A DNA stretch of 37,600 bases from NCBI GenBank assembly GCA_003990765.1, contig RBNJ01000188.1:1-37600 (forward strand), written 5' to 3'. How positions within the stretch are numbered: position 1 is the first letter of the stretch; every line of letters begins with the position of its first letter. Both the position numbers and the translations under genes were made by a program. This document shows positions 11,684-21,779 of this stretch, piece after piece. This DNA is from Jimgerdemannia flammicorona. Taxonomy: Eukaryota. The notes beneath the pieces are model-generated. The model searched no databases. It saw only the letters and a program-made list of their open reading frames with translations, and was not told the origin of the DNA.

Positions 11684-12654
11684 ATGAGCCATTCTCCTCG
11701 ACATATCGAAGAGGCCGTACCAGCCGTGACGATTGACGACTTCGATAATCACAACCCTAGGGCACAAGATGAATCCATAGCTCGCAATACTCAAACACAA
11801 GTGTGGTTGAACGAATCACGAGAAGTTAACAAGGTGTAGTATCTTATTATGTTCCAATATGTTTGTCTCCAACGACTCAGAATTAACACGTCTTGATAAT
11901 TCAAATTCGAAAATAGATCGCGTATCGAATCTGGATATTCTACTCCGTCCTTCTGTTCAGTGTGTTGATCGGCAGTCTTCGTTTTACCTTTCAGGAAATT
12001 TTCGGCCAGATGCCTTGGGTATCCTTCATCTTGAACAATTGTGTTCACTTTGCAGCCCATGTATGGAGCATGAGCAAGAATCGTGAAGAAATGGAAAGTA
12101 TTGTTAGAGAGTCATCCACTGCCCTGTGGTATGGCATTTATAGCATTTCTCTAAAGGATTGGAAATTCGAAAAAATTATCCTACTTGTATTCGTAATCTT
12201 AGCGATAGTATCCCTCGCGCTACTGTGGCTCCCATTCGCAATTTTGGGTGGGTTTTTTATGTATATATGGCACTTGCTGACTGTCATACGAGGAATTCAC
12301 AGTATAGCAGGTTTGGATGAGATTATTGTCGAGAAAGAAGTGCCAAGAATACCCCGAGGAAGATCGGCTATTCCGACCCCTATACGCCCGTCCGGCGATA
12401 CAAACACTCTTCCTGCGGCTTCCATATCAATATCTCAAGTTGGCCATCCCACCGCTGTCGCCGCGACCACCGCTACTAATAACCTCACCGCCGCGTCACA
12501 ACGTCGCCGAGTATCTACAAACACAGATACAATGTCATCGCCTCATGTCTCCTCTCCCGGGACTGAGAATATACCCTTACGTCCTTTGGCATCTGAGCCC
12601 ATGATAGCCTCTCATAATGAACAAGTCAGAAGACAACCACAAGAATCCTCGTGA
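11684..12654 (+). CDS. Hypothetical multi-pass membrane protein, ~295 aa, 2 exons: 11684-11833, 11917-12654
   Basis: ATG at 11684 downstream of a TA-rich box (~11622-11633); GT..AG intron joins in phase 0; 3-4 hydrophobic segments (IWIFYSVLLFSVLIG, IILLVFVILAIVSLALLWLPFAILGGFFMYIWHLL) and a Pro/Ser/Thr-rich tail. Confidence 0.7.
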
Positions 12655-13075
12655 GGACAGGAGCAAAGAAATCCATAGTTTCTATTCGCGCAGCTCCTCT
12701 TTACCAATTTTTTTTCTTCATTTTTGTATATATATACGAACCCGCTGTACCCAATCGCTTAATGAAAAAATAAAAATAAACCAAAAAATTAAAATGAGAA
12801 ATTTATCCATATCAATCAAGATATTTCCTTTCTTCAATGGTTATGCAATCACATAGTTATTAGTTTGTTAGTACTATTTACAGTTATTGGTTGAGTATAG
12901 TGAATATTATTTAATCTTTTTTAAATATTCTATTTTAATATTATAGAATAATTTATAATATTGAGCAGAAAATAAAAGTAATATATATATCTAACAAATG
13001 AGTAGAAATTGAATCTTATAAAATTTTGAAAAATATATTATTATATTGATAATTATGATTTACCACTAGTATATT

Positions 13076-13078
<3 letters not shown>

Positions 13079-13113
<35 letters not shown>
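13079..13113. repeat. (AT)n microsatellite within a very AT-rich spacer (~12.86-13.3 kb)
   Basis: About 17 AT units read directly. Confidence 0.9.
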
Positions 13114-13120
<7 letters not shown>

Positions 13121-13669
13121 AAAAAAAGATTGATCACTATTATTAAAATTATTATTATGATTATAAATAATAATAATAATAATAAATTTTCTTTATAATA
13201 AATTGATTTCAAATATATATATATATATTAATCACAGCTTAATGTGTTACTTGATAGAAGACTTATCTTGATTCTTCCATATAGTAGTAGTTGTTGTAGT
13301 ATTTGTACACCATAATAGCGAAGAGCGGTAGGGCAGCAGTTTTTATTGATAACGCAAACAACGCGCTTTTACGCGTAATTGATGACATCGATACAAAGCC
13401 ACAAATGATGACGTAAAACATATATTGAGTTGATCAATGAGATATCCTGAATAACCCAACTGATAAGAGGAAATGCAGATAACATCAAGAAATATAAAGC
13501 CTTGTATCCAGAGGCTTTTGCAGTCTGAAAAGTCACGTGTGAGGAATAGAATGGCGTTGTACTGGGAGAATGTGCTAAAAAGGTCAAGAGATTACGTAAA
13601 AGTTGCTAAACCCTAATAAGGAGCATTTGCCGAGTGCATTGTTCAAATTTTGGGCTTTGTCATTTAATC

Positions 13670-14120
13670 GTTTCCAGTCGTAGAGCTTCAATCATCGAGG
13701 TCGCCTGCTCTATCAACGTCGCGGAAGCCAGATAAATATATCCTACTCCCACTTAAATCGTTTCCGTTGCCATCAGTGCCGCCTAAGGTGAGCGTATGCC
13801 GTCCCTTTAATATACCTGAAAATCCGTTTAACGGCAGTCCGATGCGAATTGTTGTAGCACAATGAATACTGCGCCGCTTGTTGACAGCAAAAGAAATATC
13901 TGGTCGCGTCTAGCATGAGATACATAAGGCTTCCGATTGCCTGTAAGGGAGATTTGTTGTAGAGGTCGTTACGGAGGTTGCTTTTCTTAGCTAGACGTAT
14001 CCGCCAGCGTAGCTGAAGGGTTGCAATCCATCATATTGAATCATTTGAGTATAGCTTGAATATATCGCAGCTGCGAAATATCCCAACAGCAGTTTTGTAG
14101 GTAGAGTTCTATTTCAATTT
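13670..14120 (-). mobile_element. Ty1/copia pol remnant A (RT C-terminus to start of RNase H), frameshifted, CpG-retaining
   Basis: Minus strand reads ISQLRYIQAILK*FNMMDCNPSAT...QAIGSLMYLML/TRPDISFAVNK...HRTAVKRIFRYIKGT...LSGFRDVDRAGDLDD*SSTTG, matching copia GSLMYL..TRPDI..AV, AVKRI.RYLKGT and GY.DADWAGD.DDR.STTG. Confidence 0.88.
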
Positions 14121-14419
14121 TTGTTCAATTTGTCCTGGCAGCTAAGTCTCTTAATACTTTCTAATCTTGGTAGCAAGAGTATATAGATTTCTTACAATTG
14201 TGAGTTTTTTTATATATGTAAGTGAGAGATTTCTTTATATTATATAGATTAGATAACTACTAACTATATATATTTACTAAATTTGGAAATCAGATTCAGA
14301 TATTATAATTAAATATCTCTCTCCTAATTCTTATTCTTAATTTAGATCAACTATTACAATAGATAGATTCTATCTAGTATAGAAGATTAATTTAGACTAA
14401 TATATAGATAGTCAGTAGA

Positions 14420-14680
14420 TGTTATATCTTAGTTGAAAATATGGAGTGAAGAGAAGAGGGACTTTGTTTATTATTCCAGATAGCATGTATTTATATATTG
14501 AGTGAATAGTTCAAAGATAATATAGTTACATATATATAAACTATATTATCAAGATATCAAAATAATAGGAATTTCAATACAAGATAATATGCAAGAAAGA
14601 ATACAATATAAGTAGAAATATAATATAATGTAATCAAGCAATAACCACAAAATGACTGTAAATATACTAAAAGAATACTA
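14420..14680 (-). repeat. Possible degenerate 3' LTR of copia remnant B
   Basis: Lies downstream of the copia RNase H end; on minus a purine-rich GAGTAGATAG precedes it, it contains TATATAAATA and ends ...ATAACA at 14420. No partner LTR found. Confidence 0.3.
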
Positions 14681-14846
14681 TCTACTCATATTTAAAATAT
14701 AAGAAACTATAGTAAAAATAAAGAATATAAATAGATCCCAATGATAGAAAATTTTCAAATATAGAAGAAAAAGAAGAAGAACCAGTAAATAATCATAATG
14801 CAATATAATACTTGAAGAGAGAGATATAGAAAGATATATATATTGC

Positions 14847-14879
<33 letters not shown>

Positions 14880-14916
14880 TTATTACTGATATATAGTTTC
14901 ATTACTAATATATAGT

Positions 14917-15296
14917 TAGTACTCTCAATAAATTGAATTAAATCAAATTTGATCCAAATTCAATAAATCAAAGGTCTAATTCAATTTGAGATTTAATTCA
15001 AACTCTATTTTTTGAAATATAATAACTCAACAAAAATATGTCCAAATTTAATGATCTTTAGCTTATTAGATTCCTCTATATAAAAGGAATATAATAAGTA
15101 AAAGATCATTAAATTTGGACATATTTTCATCAAGTTATTATATTTCAAAAAATAGGGTTCAAATTAGACCCTTAATTTAATCTAAATTTAATTCAATTCA
15201 AACTTTATTTGAATTGAAAAATCTCCAATTCAATTTGATTCAAATAACTCTCAATTTAATTTGATTTAAATTGATTTGATTTGTTTGAAAGCACTA
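14917..15296. mobile_element. hAT-type non-autonomous element (MITE), 380 bp
   Basis: Perfect 8-bp flanking duplication TATATAGT (14909-14916 and 15297-15304); degenerate TIRs TAGTACTCTCAA / TTGAAAGCACTA; subterminal TTCAA/TTGAA/AATC short repeats; central ~150-bp hairpin. An 8-bp TSD is characteristic of hAT. Confidence 0.78.
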
Positions 15297-15304
15297 TATA
15301 TAGT

Positions 15305-15413
15305 TTACCATAAGACTTATTTATTTAGTATATTATTAAAATTTAAATTCTAGAAGAGCTTTGATAAGTGAATCTATAATAATATACTCTATAGAGATAT
15401 ATTCTAAGTATAT
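15305..15413 (-). mobile_element. Ty1/copia remnant B, 3' part (end of RNase H), separated from its 5' part by the gypsy-type insertion
   Basis: YLEYISIEYIIIDSLIKALLEFKF corresponds to copia I.LEYIPT..M.AD.LTKAL...KF with transitions; continues the frame broken at ~21780. Confidence 0.75.
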
Positions 15414-16904
15414 TGTAAGAGGGTTACTTATTAGAGTAACTATTACATAGTTCTGGAAGAGTTTTCTGGAAGTTCTGGATATTCTAAAAGACTGTTTTCC
15501 TAAGGTTAAGATCAATTTCATATAGAGTATATCCTCTATGCTTATTGATTTTAAGATTGGATTGACATCTCAACTAAAGTTCTTTTTTGGACTAGTTCTA
15601 GATGTTTAGGATTTTCTATATTTCAGAAAGTTCAAGAAACTAAGACCAGCTTAGTTGAATTGGTGTATTGCTGCAGACAATACCCAATTAGAAAATTTCA
15701 TAATGAGATTAGGAGTGAGACCTAATGGGGAGCAGATTTACTTAAGAGTGGTTTGTGGGTTATTAAATAGATTTATTCACTATTCATGATATTGCTATAT
15801 TAGAAGTAGTTGTGTGAAGGGATATTATAGGGAAGTATTCAGAAATGTTCTTGTATGTTCAAGTCTGAGATTTTGAGATCTGGGGAAGGGGGTATTTATA
15901 CTAGTAAGGGGCTATCTAGACTATGCTAGATATAGATATAGCACTTAGTACCTTACTGAGTTGGAATATAGTCATATAGTATAAATATGATCTGACATGT
16001 CAAGAGATTATCTGACTGCTGAGTCAGTTTACAGTTATGTTGTATAAGGCTAATCTAACTATACTATGACTGCTAAGCTATTTATAGGTTTAGATGCTGT
16101 CTGGGTAGTCTTCAATGATATCACTATTGATGATATCATCTCTGGCAAAGTCTGAGTAGTTTTCTGACTTCTGACATTATTAGTTTCTAAGGTATCATCA
16201 CTTCTATCTCTTACAAGATTAAGACTGTCCTTGGTAGTAGTGATTGTATAAGAATAACAGGTCTTGGTTCTCTTTTTTTTTGGACTTCTGATATATTTGC
16301 AAGGACTCATCATTCTTGTCTAGAGCAAGGGCTCCCAATGTCATGGCTGGGGGTTCAAACCTCTCAGAAATGATATTTTTTATAATTCAAGGCAATTTTT
16401 AGTAGTAATATCTGTTATATGGATAGCTTGAGATTAGTTTCAACAATGTCAGCTTTCTTGAGTTTAGATGAAGTATCTGTCACTCTCTAATGGAGGTGAT
16501 ACAGATAGAGTGAACAGAGTTGTTCAAATGTGTTTTACTTCTGCTAAGTAATGAAGTCTTGTATAGTTGTGGTATATTTTGGTCTTGAGTTGATAAGTAT
16601 AGTTCATGAACCTTTGATAGATGAGATAGAGTTCTTCTTGTCTTAGTTTGAGTTTGGTACTTTCAGTTTCCTTTTATAATAGTACAGTATACCAAACTAG
16701 TTATAGAGATTCAGAGTCAGTCTTATGGTTATAGTACTTCTTCTGGTATTCTTGTATCTTAGTGGTAGGTTCTCATGCTTGCTGGTATATTTTGTATAAC
16801 CAGATGATCTCTTCAGTAACTTGTTTTATAGTCTTGCATGTGGTTTTCAAATTGGTTCTGAGGATGACATGCAATTTTAGTGACTTGGAGGTTGTGCACT
16901 TATA
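15414..16904 (-). repeat. 3' LTR (1491 bp)
   Basis: Colinear with 20285-21774; minus-strand TATAAATA at 15893-15900 and AATAAA at 15772-15777. Confidence 0.93.
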
Positions 16905-16918
16905 ACTTCCCCCTTCTT
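16905..16918 (-). other. Polypurine tract
   Basis: Minus strand AAGAAGGGGGAAGT directly abuts the 3' LTR. Confidence 0.85.
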
Positions 16919-16989
16919 AGCTTTCAATATTCTTGTTGGGGCCTTTTAATTTAATCTAGTGTTGTTGTACTATTTGGATGATTCTTGTG

Positions 16990-17075
16990 GCTGTATTTGT
17001 TGAGGATTTGTTCAACTTTATATTCCTCTTGGTCATTAATAATAATAGGTGCAGGTGGTTCTGTAGTTTGGTTCA
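16990..17075 (-). pseudogene. N-terminal part of an integrase-associated chromodomain
   Basis: TEPPAPIIINDQEEYKVEQILNK matches the chromovirus pattern PPPP..IDGEEEYEVE.IL.; the YLVKW core is not seen. Confidence 0.7.
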
Positions 17076-17299
17076 GAAATGTGTCTTGGACTTTCTAGAG
17101 TAAGGGTCTAACATGACTGTTGACTTTGGAAAAGTCTTCTTCAGAGTTGTCAGTTTCTCCTTTGAATGGGCAGATGGAGATAGCAAAGAGAGGACATTTC
17201 TTGGCCAATTTCTTAAGCTGTAGCTTATTGATATGGGTGATCTTTGGTCTAGGGTCACTAGTGCTGAGTGGGTCCTTTTCACCTTATAGTTTAAAGTTA

Positions 17300-17645
17300 T
17301 GGCATCCTTTCTTGATGGTCAGAGAATAGTTTATCCAATTGATCATGAGGTTCTCTTGTTTCAACCATGGGTTTCCAAGGATGATTTTATTGTCAGAAAG
17401 TAGTATGATCTGGAGGGTAATATGTACTCGATAGTTACCAATTCAAATGGGTAGATTGCAGACTTCCTTGCTAATGACATGGGAGGTTCCATCAGCTGTG
17501 GCAACAGCTTGAGTTTGTTGGACTAGAGAGGTGAAGACCTTGAGTCTGTTGACTGTTTCTTCATTAATAAAGTTGCCTGAGGCACCACTATCTATCATAA
17601 TCTTAATAGGTGCTTGGTTGACAAAAGCTTGAAGTATAAGCAGTT
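17300..17645 (-). pseudogene. Retropepsin-type aspartic protease domain
   Basis: IKIMIDSGASGNFINEETV...ATADGT...IILGNPWLKQENLMINW (D-S-G catalytic motif and ILG.PWL). Confidence 0.9.
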
Positions 17646-17862
17646 TGTCTGATTCAATAGTAATGATTTTAGTTATAAGAGCTTTCCTTCTGTTGGTTCT
17701 TCTTTAAGCTAGTTTATTAATACAAGAGAAGCAATAATTGATCATTTGGGAAGAGTACATTCTAATACCATGGGGGTATTGGCCACTTGGTATATATCTG
17801 TCTTCGATTTTCTTATAGAATTATTCTTCTTTATTTATGATAGGTTGGGCTGGGGCCTTGTT

Positions 17863-18275
17863 TGATGAGCCAAATCCTTTGGATCCTCAGATGGTGAGTA
17901 GTAGTTCAGGGACTTCCTTGACTATCAGAGTTGACTCGATTTTCTCAAATAGGATCTGGGCAATATAGAAACCAGTGGAGATTTTGAAGAGTATCCAACT
18001 ATGGTTTTGGATAAGGACAATAATTTTGCCTGTATAATCTTTGTCAATGACTCCTCCTTCTACTGAGAGTCCTTTCAATACTAGACTGCTGTAACAGCAT
18101 ATTCTTCTAACATGTCCTTCAGGGATTTGGATGCTGATTCCTGTATAGACTTGCTTGACTTTTCAGTTGGAGACTATAGCTTCTTCAGCTGCATACAGGT
18201 CATATCTAGCTGCTTTTTGACTTCCTTTCATTGGGGTCTTAGCAGTTTGTCTTAACTTGATAAAGTCCAGTATTC
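17863..18275 (-). pseudogene. Trimeric-type dUTPase domain within the retroelement polyprotein
   Basis: All five dUTPase motifs in order: AARYDLY (I), YSSL from RSSL (II), GGVIDKDYTG (III), IAQIL (IV), *GSKGFGSS (V); departures from consensus are explicable by transitions. Confidence 0.92.
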
Positions 18276-18339
18276 TGGTAATCAGGTTATTGAGGTAGTA
18301 CAAAGTAGTAATAGTTGCTCATATTGCTGTTCGGGGTTT

Positions 18340-20270
18340 TCAGTTGGGGCAGGCACTGGCTATGTGTCCTGTTTTTTGTAATAGAAGTATACTCTACTTC
18401 TTCAAAGTTCATTTCTTTTTCCTTTAGTGAGTTTTTTAAAGATACTCAGCTGAGTGGGTTCATGATTTCTAGGTGTCCATGAGGTGGATGTTAAGAGAGC
18501 TTGGGATACTTCATACTTGGGTTCTTCTTTCTTGGTCTAAGTCTTTTCCTTGTTATTGAATTGTCTTTAGGGCAGAATTGGTCTAGCTGTTAGAATTCAC
18601 TTGACCATAGTCTTTATTCTTATCAGATACTATTATTAGTGATTATAACTAACTGAGCATCCTTGTTCTCGGATTTTTCTTATAAGTTATTCAGATAGTA
18701 TATCAAATAAATGATCTGCTCTTGTACCATTTCATGCTTCATTATTGGCAATATATCCTAGGCCAATAGTGTTCAGGAGTGACTTGAGTTTTGTACAGAA
18801 GGTTTCAAATTCTTCTTTGTTATATATATTAAATTTGAGATTGTAGAGTTTTACTCATTCAGCAATTATGGTTTTGCTGTGGTATTGAGCAATCATGAGT
18901 TGTTTTAGTCCAGGAGCTGCAGGATGAGCTCTATATCCTGGGGCATTGTTTGCTGCATTCTGAGCAACTACTATAGGTCAGATATCCCATGTGAGGGGTT
19001 TTTCAGGAAGGGTTTGTCACTATTCTTTAGCAGGTCCTTGGAAGAATGTAACAACTCAGCAGACATAGGCTGTAGTTATAGCAAAGAGTTGTTCCAGAGT
19101 ATGGTCTTGATTGTTTATCAAAAGGCAGTTAGCAACTCACTCATTAGTCTATTGATTGGCTTCAAAGTTGGTATCAACTACACTAATGAAGCTTTGGACT
19201 TCTTGTACAATACCATTGAAGATAGGTAGGCTCAGATTTTTGGTAGGTCAGATTTGTTTAGCTAGGGCAGTAATGGTTGCTGCCATTATGGCTACCTGGG
19301 CTATAAGATCTAGAATCTGTTGGTTTGCCATGTTGTTTACTGGAGACAGTTGGACTACAGGTAGTGGTATTATTGATACTACTTGAGGTACTAGTGAGGG
19401 TGTCCTTTGAGTCTATGTAAGTTGCTAGAGTAGTAGTTGTGGGTCTGGAGTGAGGGCTCAATAGATAGTTGTCTATTGCTGTATAGGTGTATTCTGTCCT
19501 GATAGAGGTACATCTCCTTTGGTGGTATATCCAGGATCAAATTTACTGAGATACTCCTCCTCCTCTTCAGTTTGGTCCCTGTGTAATTGAGTTTGCTCAA
19601 TATCAAAGTAAACAGAATCAGTTGTATATCTGATTTTGGATGGACTTAATTCAAAGTCAAGTTCTGGTTTGATATTGGTTTCGGGTTCAGATAGAGTTGT
19701 AGCAGAGTCTGCTTCAGATTCAGGGTCAGGTTGTTGACAAAGAGTTTCTCTTACTTCTTCTTTAAGAATATGGTAGGCCTTGCTATTCTGGAATTGGTAG
19801 TATAATACAGTCTTAGTCCTGGTATGGTGAAAGTCAGTAGAGTTGAGCCACTTGGCTACAGAGGCTTGGGCTTCATGAGAAACTAAGGCTAGAAATACTG
19901 CTGCTGATTGTCCTAGATCACTCAGATTTGTGGAGCTGATAAAACTCTTATTGAGAAGAGTAAAGAAGGCTTCTATAAGACCTTCTTCATCTTGACTTAC
20001 AAGGTGTAGAGTAAGGAGTTCAGTAAATAGAGTTTTGCCTATCTGCTGATTTAATCAGAGTACTTCTTTCTTTGAATGAAGTTTGTCCCACTTATTGCAG
20101 GTGTGGAGATCAAATTGTCCTTATATATCAGATTCAATTCTCTCCAGATTGTCAGATGGTTCAGAATAAATTTCAGTTCAGAGGTTAGGCTTTATACCAA
20201 CTTGTAGAAATTCTCAAAGGAGTTTGTAGTAGGATGAGAAAGCATCTTGAAGCAGAATTGGATTGTAAGT
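18340..20270 (-). pseudogene. gag with long N-terminal extension and C-terminal CCHC zinc knuckle
   Basis: Frame with transition-type stops containing LPIFNG..EVQSFI, FQGPAKE**QTL (G.A..WW), and YFYYKK/GHIASACP (CxxCx4Hx4C with TGC>TAC changes and a 1-nt slip) at ~18346-18392. Confidence 0.8.
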
Positions 20271-20284
20271 CACTGCTATCAAGT
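20271..20284 (-). other. Putative primer-binding site (initiator tRNA-Met-like)
   Basis: Three nt after the 5' LTR the minus strand reads TGATAGCAGTG, one G>A from TGGTAGCAG, which is complementary to the 3' end of many eukaryotic initiator tRNA-Met. Confidence 0.5.
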
Positions 20285-21774
20285 TGTAAGAGGGTTACTT
20301 ATTAGGATAACCATTATGTAGTTCTGGAAGAATTTTCTGGAAGTTCTGGATATTCTGGAAGACTATTTTCTTAAGATTAAGATCAATTTTATATGGAGTA
20401 TATCCTCTATACTTATTGATTTTAAGATTGAGTTGATATCTCAACCAAAGTCCTTTTTCAGACTAGTTCTAGATGTTTAGGATTTTTCATATTTCGGAAA
20501 GTTTAAGAAACTAAGACCAGCTTAGTTGAATTGGTGTATTATTGCAGACAATACCCAATTAGGAAATTTCATAATAGGGTTAGGAGTGGGATCTAATAGA
20601 GAGTGGATTTACTCAAAAGTGGTTTGTGGGTTATTAAATAGGTTTATTCACTATTTATAATATTACTATACTAGGAGTAGTTATATGAAGAGATATTGTG
20701 GGAAAGTATTTAGGAATGTTCTTATGTATTCAAGTCTGAGATTCTGAGGTCTGGAGAGGGGGTATTTATACTAGTAAGGGGCTATCTGAACTATACTAGA
20801 TATGGATGTAGTACTTAGTACCTTGCTGAGTTGGAATGCAGTCATATAGTATAAGTGTGATCTGACATATCAAGAGATCATCTGACTGCTGAGTCAGTTC
20901 ACAGTTATGTCATATAAGGCTAATCTAACTATACTATGACTGTTAAGCTATTTATAGGTTTAGACACTGTCTAGATAGTCTTTGATGATATTACCATTAA
21001 TAACATTATCTCTAACAAAGTGTAAGCAGTTTTCTGACTTCTGATATCATCAGTTTCTAAGGTATCGTCACTTCTATCTCTTATAAGATTAAGACTGTTC
21101 TTGGTAGTAGTGGTTATATAAGGATAATAGGTCTTGGTTCTCTTTTTTTTTGGACTTCTGGTATATTTATAAGGACTGGCCATTCTTGTCTAGGGTGAGA
21201 GCTTCCAATGTTGTGGCTGGGGGTTTGAACCTTTTGGAAATAATATTTTCTGTAATCCAAGGCAATTTCTAGTAGTAATATCTATCATATACATGGCTTG
21301 AGATTGGTTTCAATGATGTTGGCTTTCTTGAGTTCAGATGAAACATCTGTCACTCTCTAATAGAGGTGATACAGATAGAGTAAACAGAGTTATTCAAATA
21401 CATTTTACTTCTATTAAGTAATGAGATCTTGTATAGTTGTAGTGTATTTTGGTCTTGAGTTGATAAGTGCAGTTCATAAACCTTTAATAGATGAGATAGG
21501 GTTCTTTTTGTCTCAGTTTGAGTTTGGTACTTTTGGGTTTCTTTTGTAATAGTATAGTATACCAAACTAGTTATAGAGATTCAGAGTTGGTCTTATGGTT
21601 ATAGTACTTCTTCTGGTATTCTTGTGTCTTGGTGGTAGGTTCTCATACTTGCTGGCATATTTTGTGTAACCAGATGATCTCTTTGATAACTTGTTTTGTA
21701 GTCTTGTATATGGTTTCTAAATTGGTTCTGAGAATGATATGCAATTTTGGTAGCTTGGAGATTATATACTTATA
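20285..21774 (-). repeat. 5' LTR (1490 bp)
   Basis: Colinear with 15414-16904; minus-strand TATAAATA at 20763-20770 and AATAAA at 20643-20648. Confidence 0.93.
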
Positions 21775-21779
21775 TGTAT

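Larger units (their letters stand above)
15414..21774 (-). mobile_element. Ty3/gypsy (chromovirus-like) non-autonomous LTR retrotransposon, 6.36 kb: LTR-gag-dUTPase-protease-chromodomain remnant-LTR, lacking RT/RNase H/integrase
   Basis: Two ~1.49-kb direct repeats with TGTAAG...CTTATA (from CTTACA) termini, 5-bp TSD TATAT/TGTAT (15409-15413, 21775-21779), PPT and PBS-like sites, and gag, dUTPase, retropepsin and chromodomain motifs on the minus strand. Confidence 0.92.

Noticed and set aside
17863..18275. dUTPase as a host DUT1 gene or as a defence against the C>T mutator
   Set aside because: It is intronless and in frame within the retroelement polyprotein. dUTPase lowers dUTP misincorporation and would not prevent deamination of cytosine already in DNA.
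15414..21774. Endogenous retrovirus, or assembly duplication of 1.5 kb
   Set aside because: No env-like region and a chromovirus-type tail; the repeats differ by many transitions and have proper termini, TSD and PPT.
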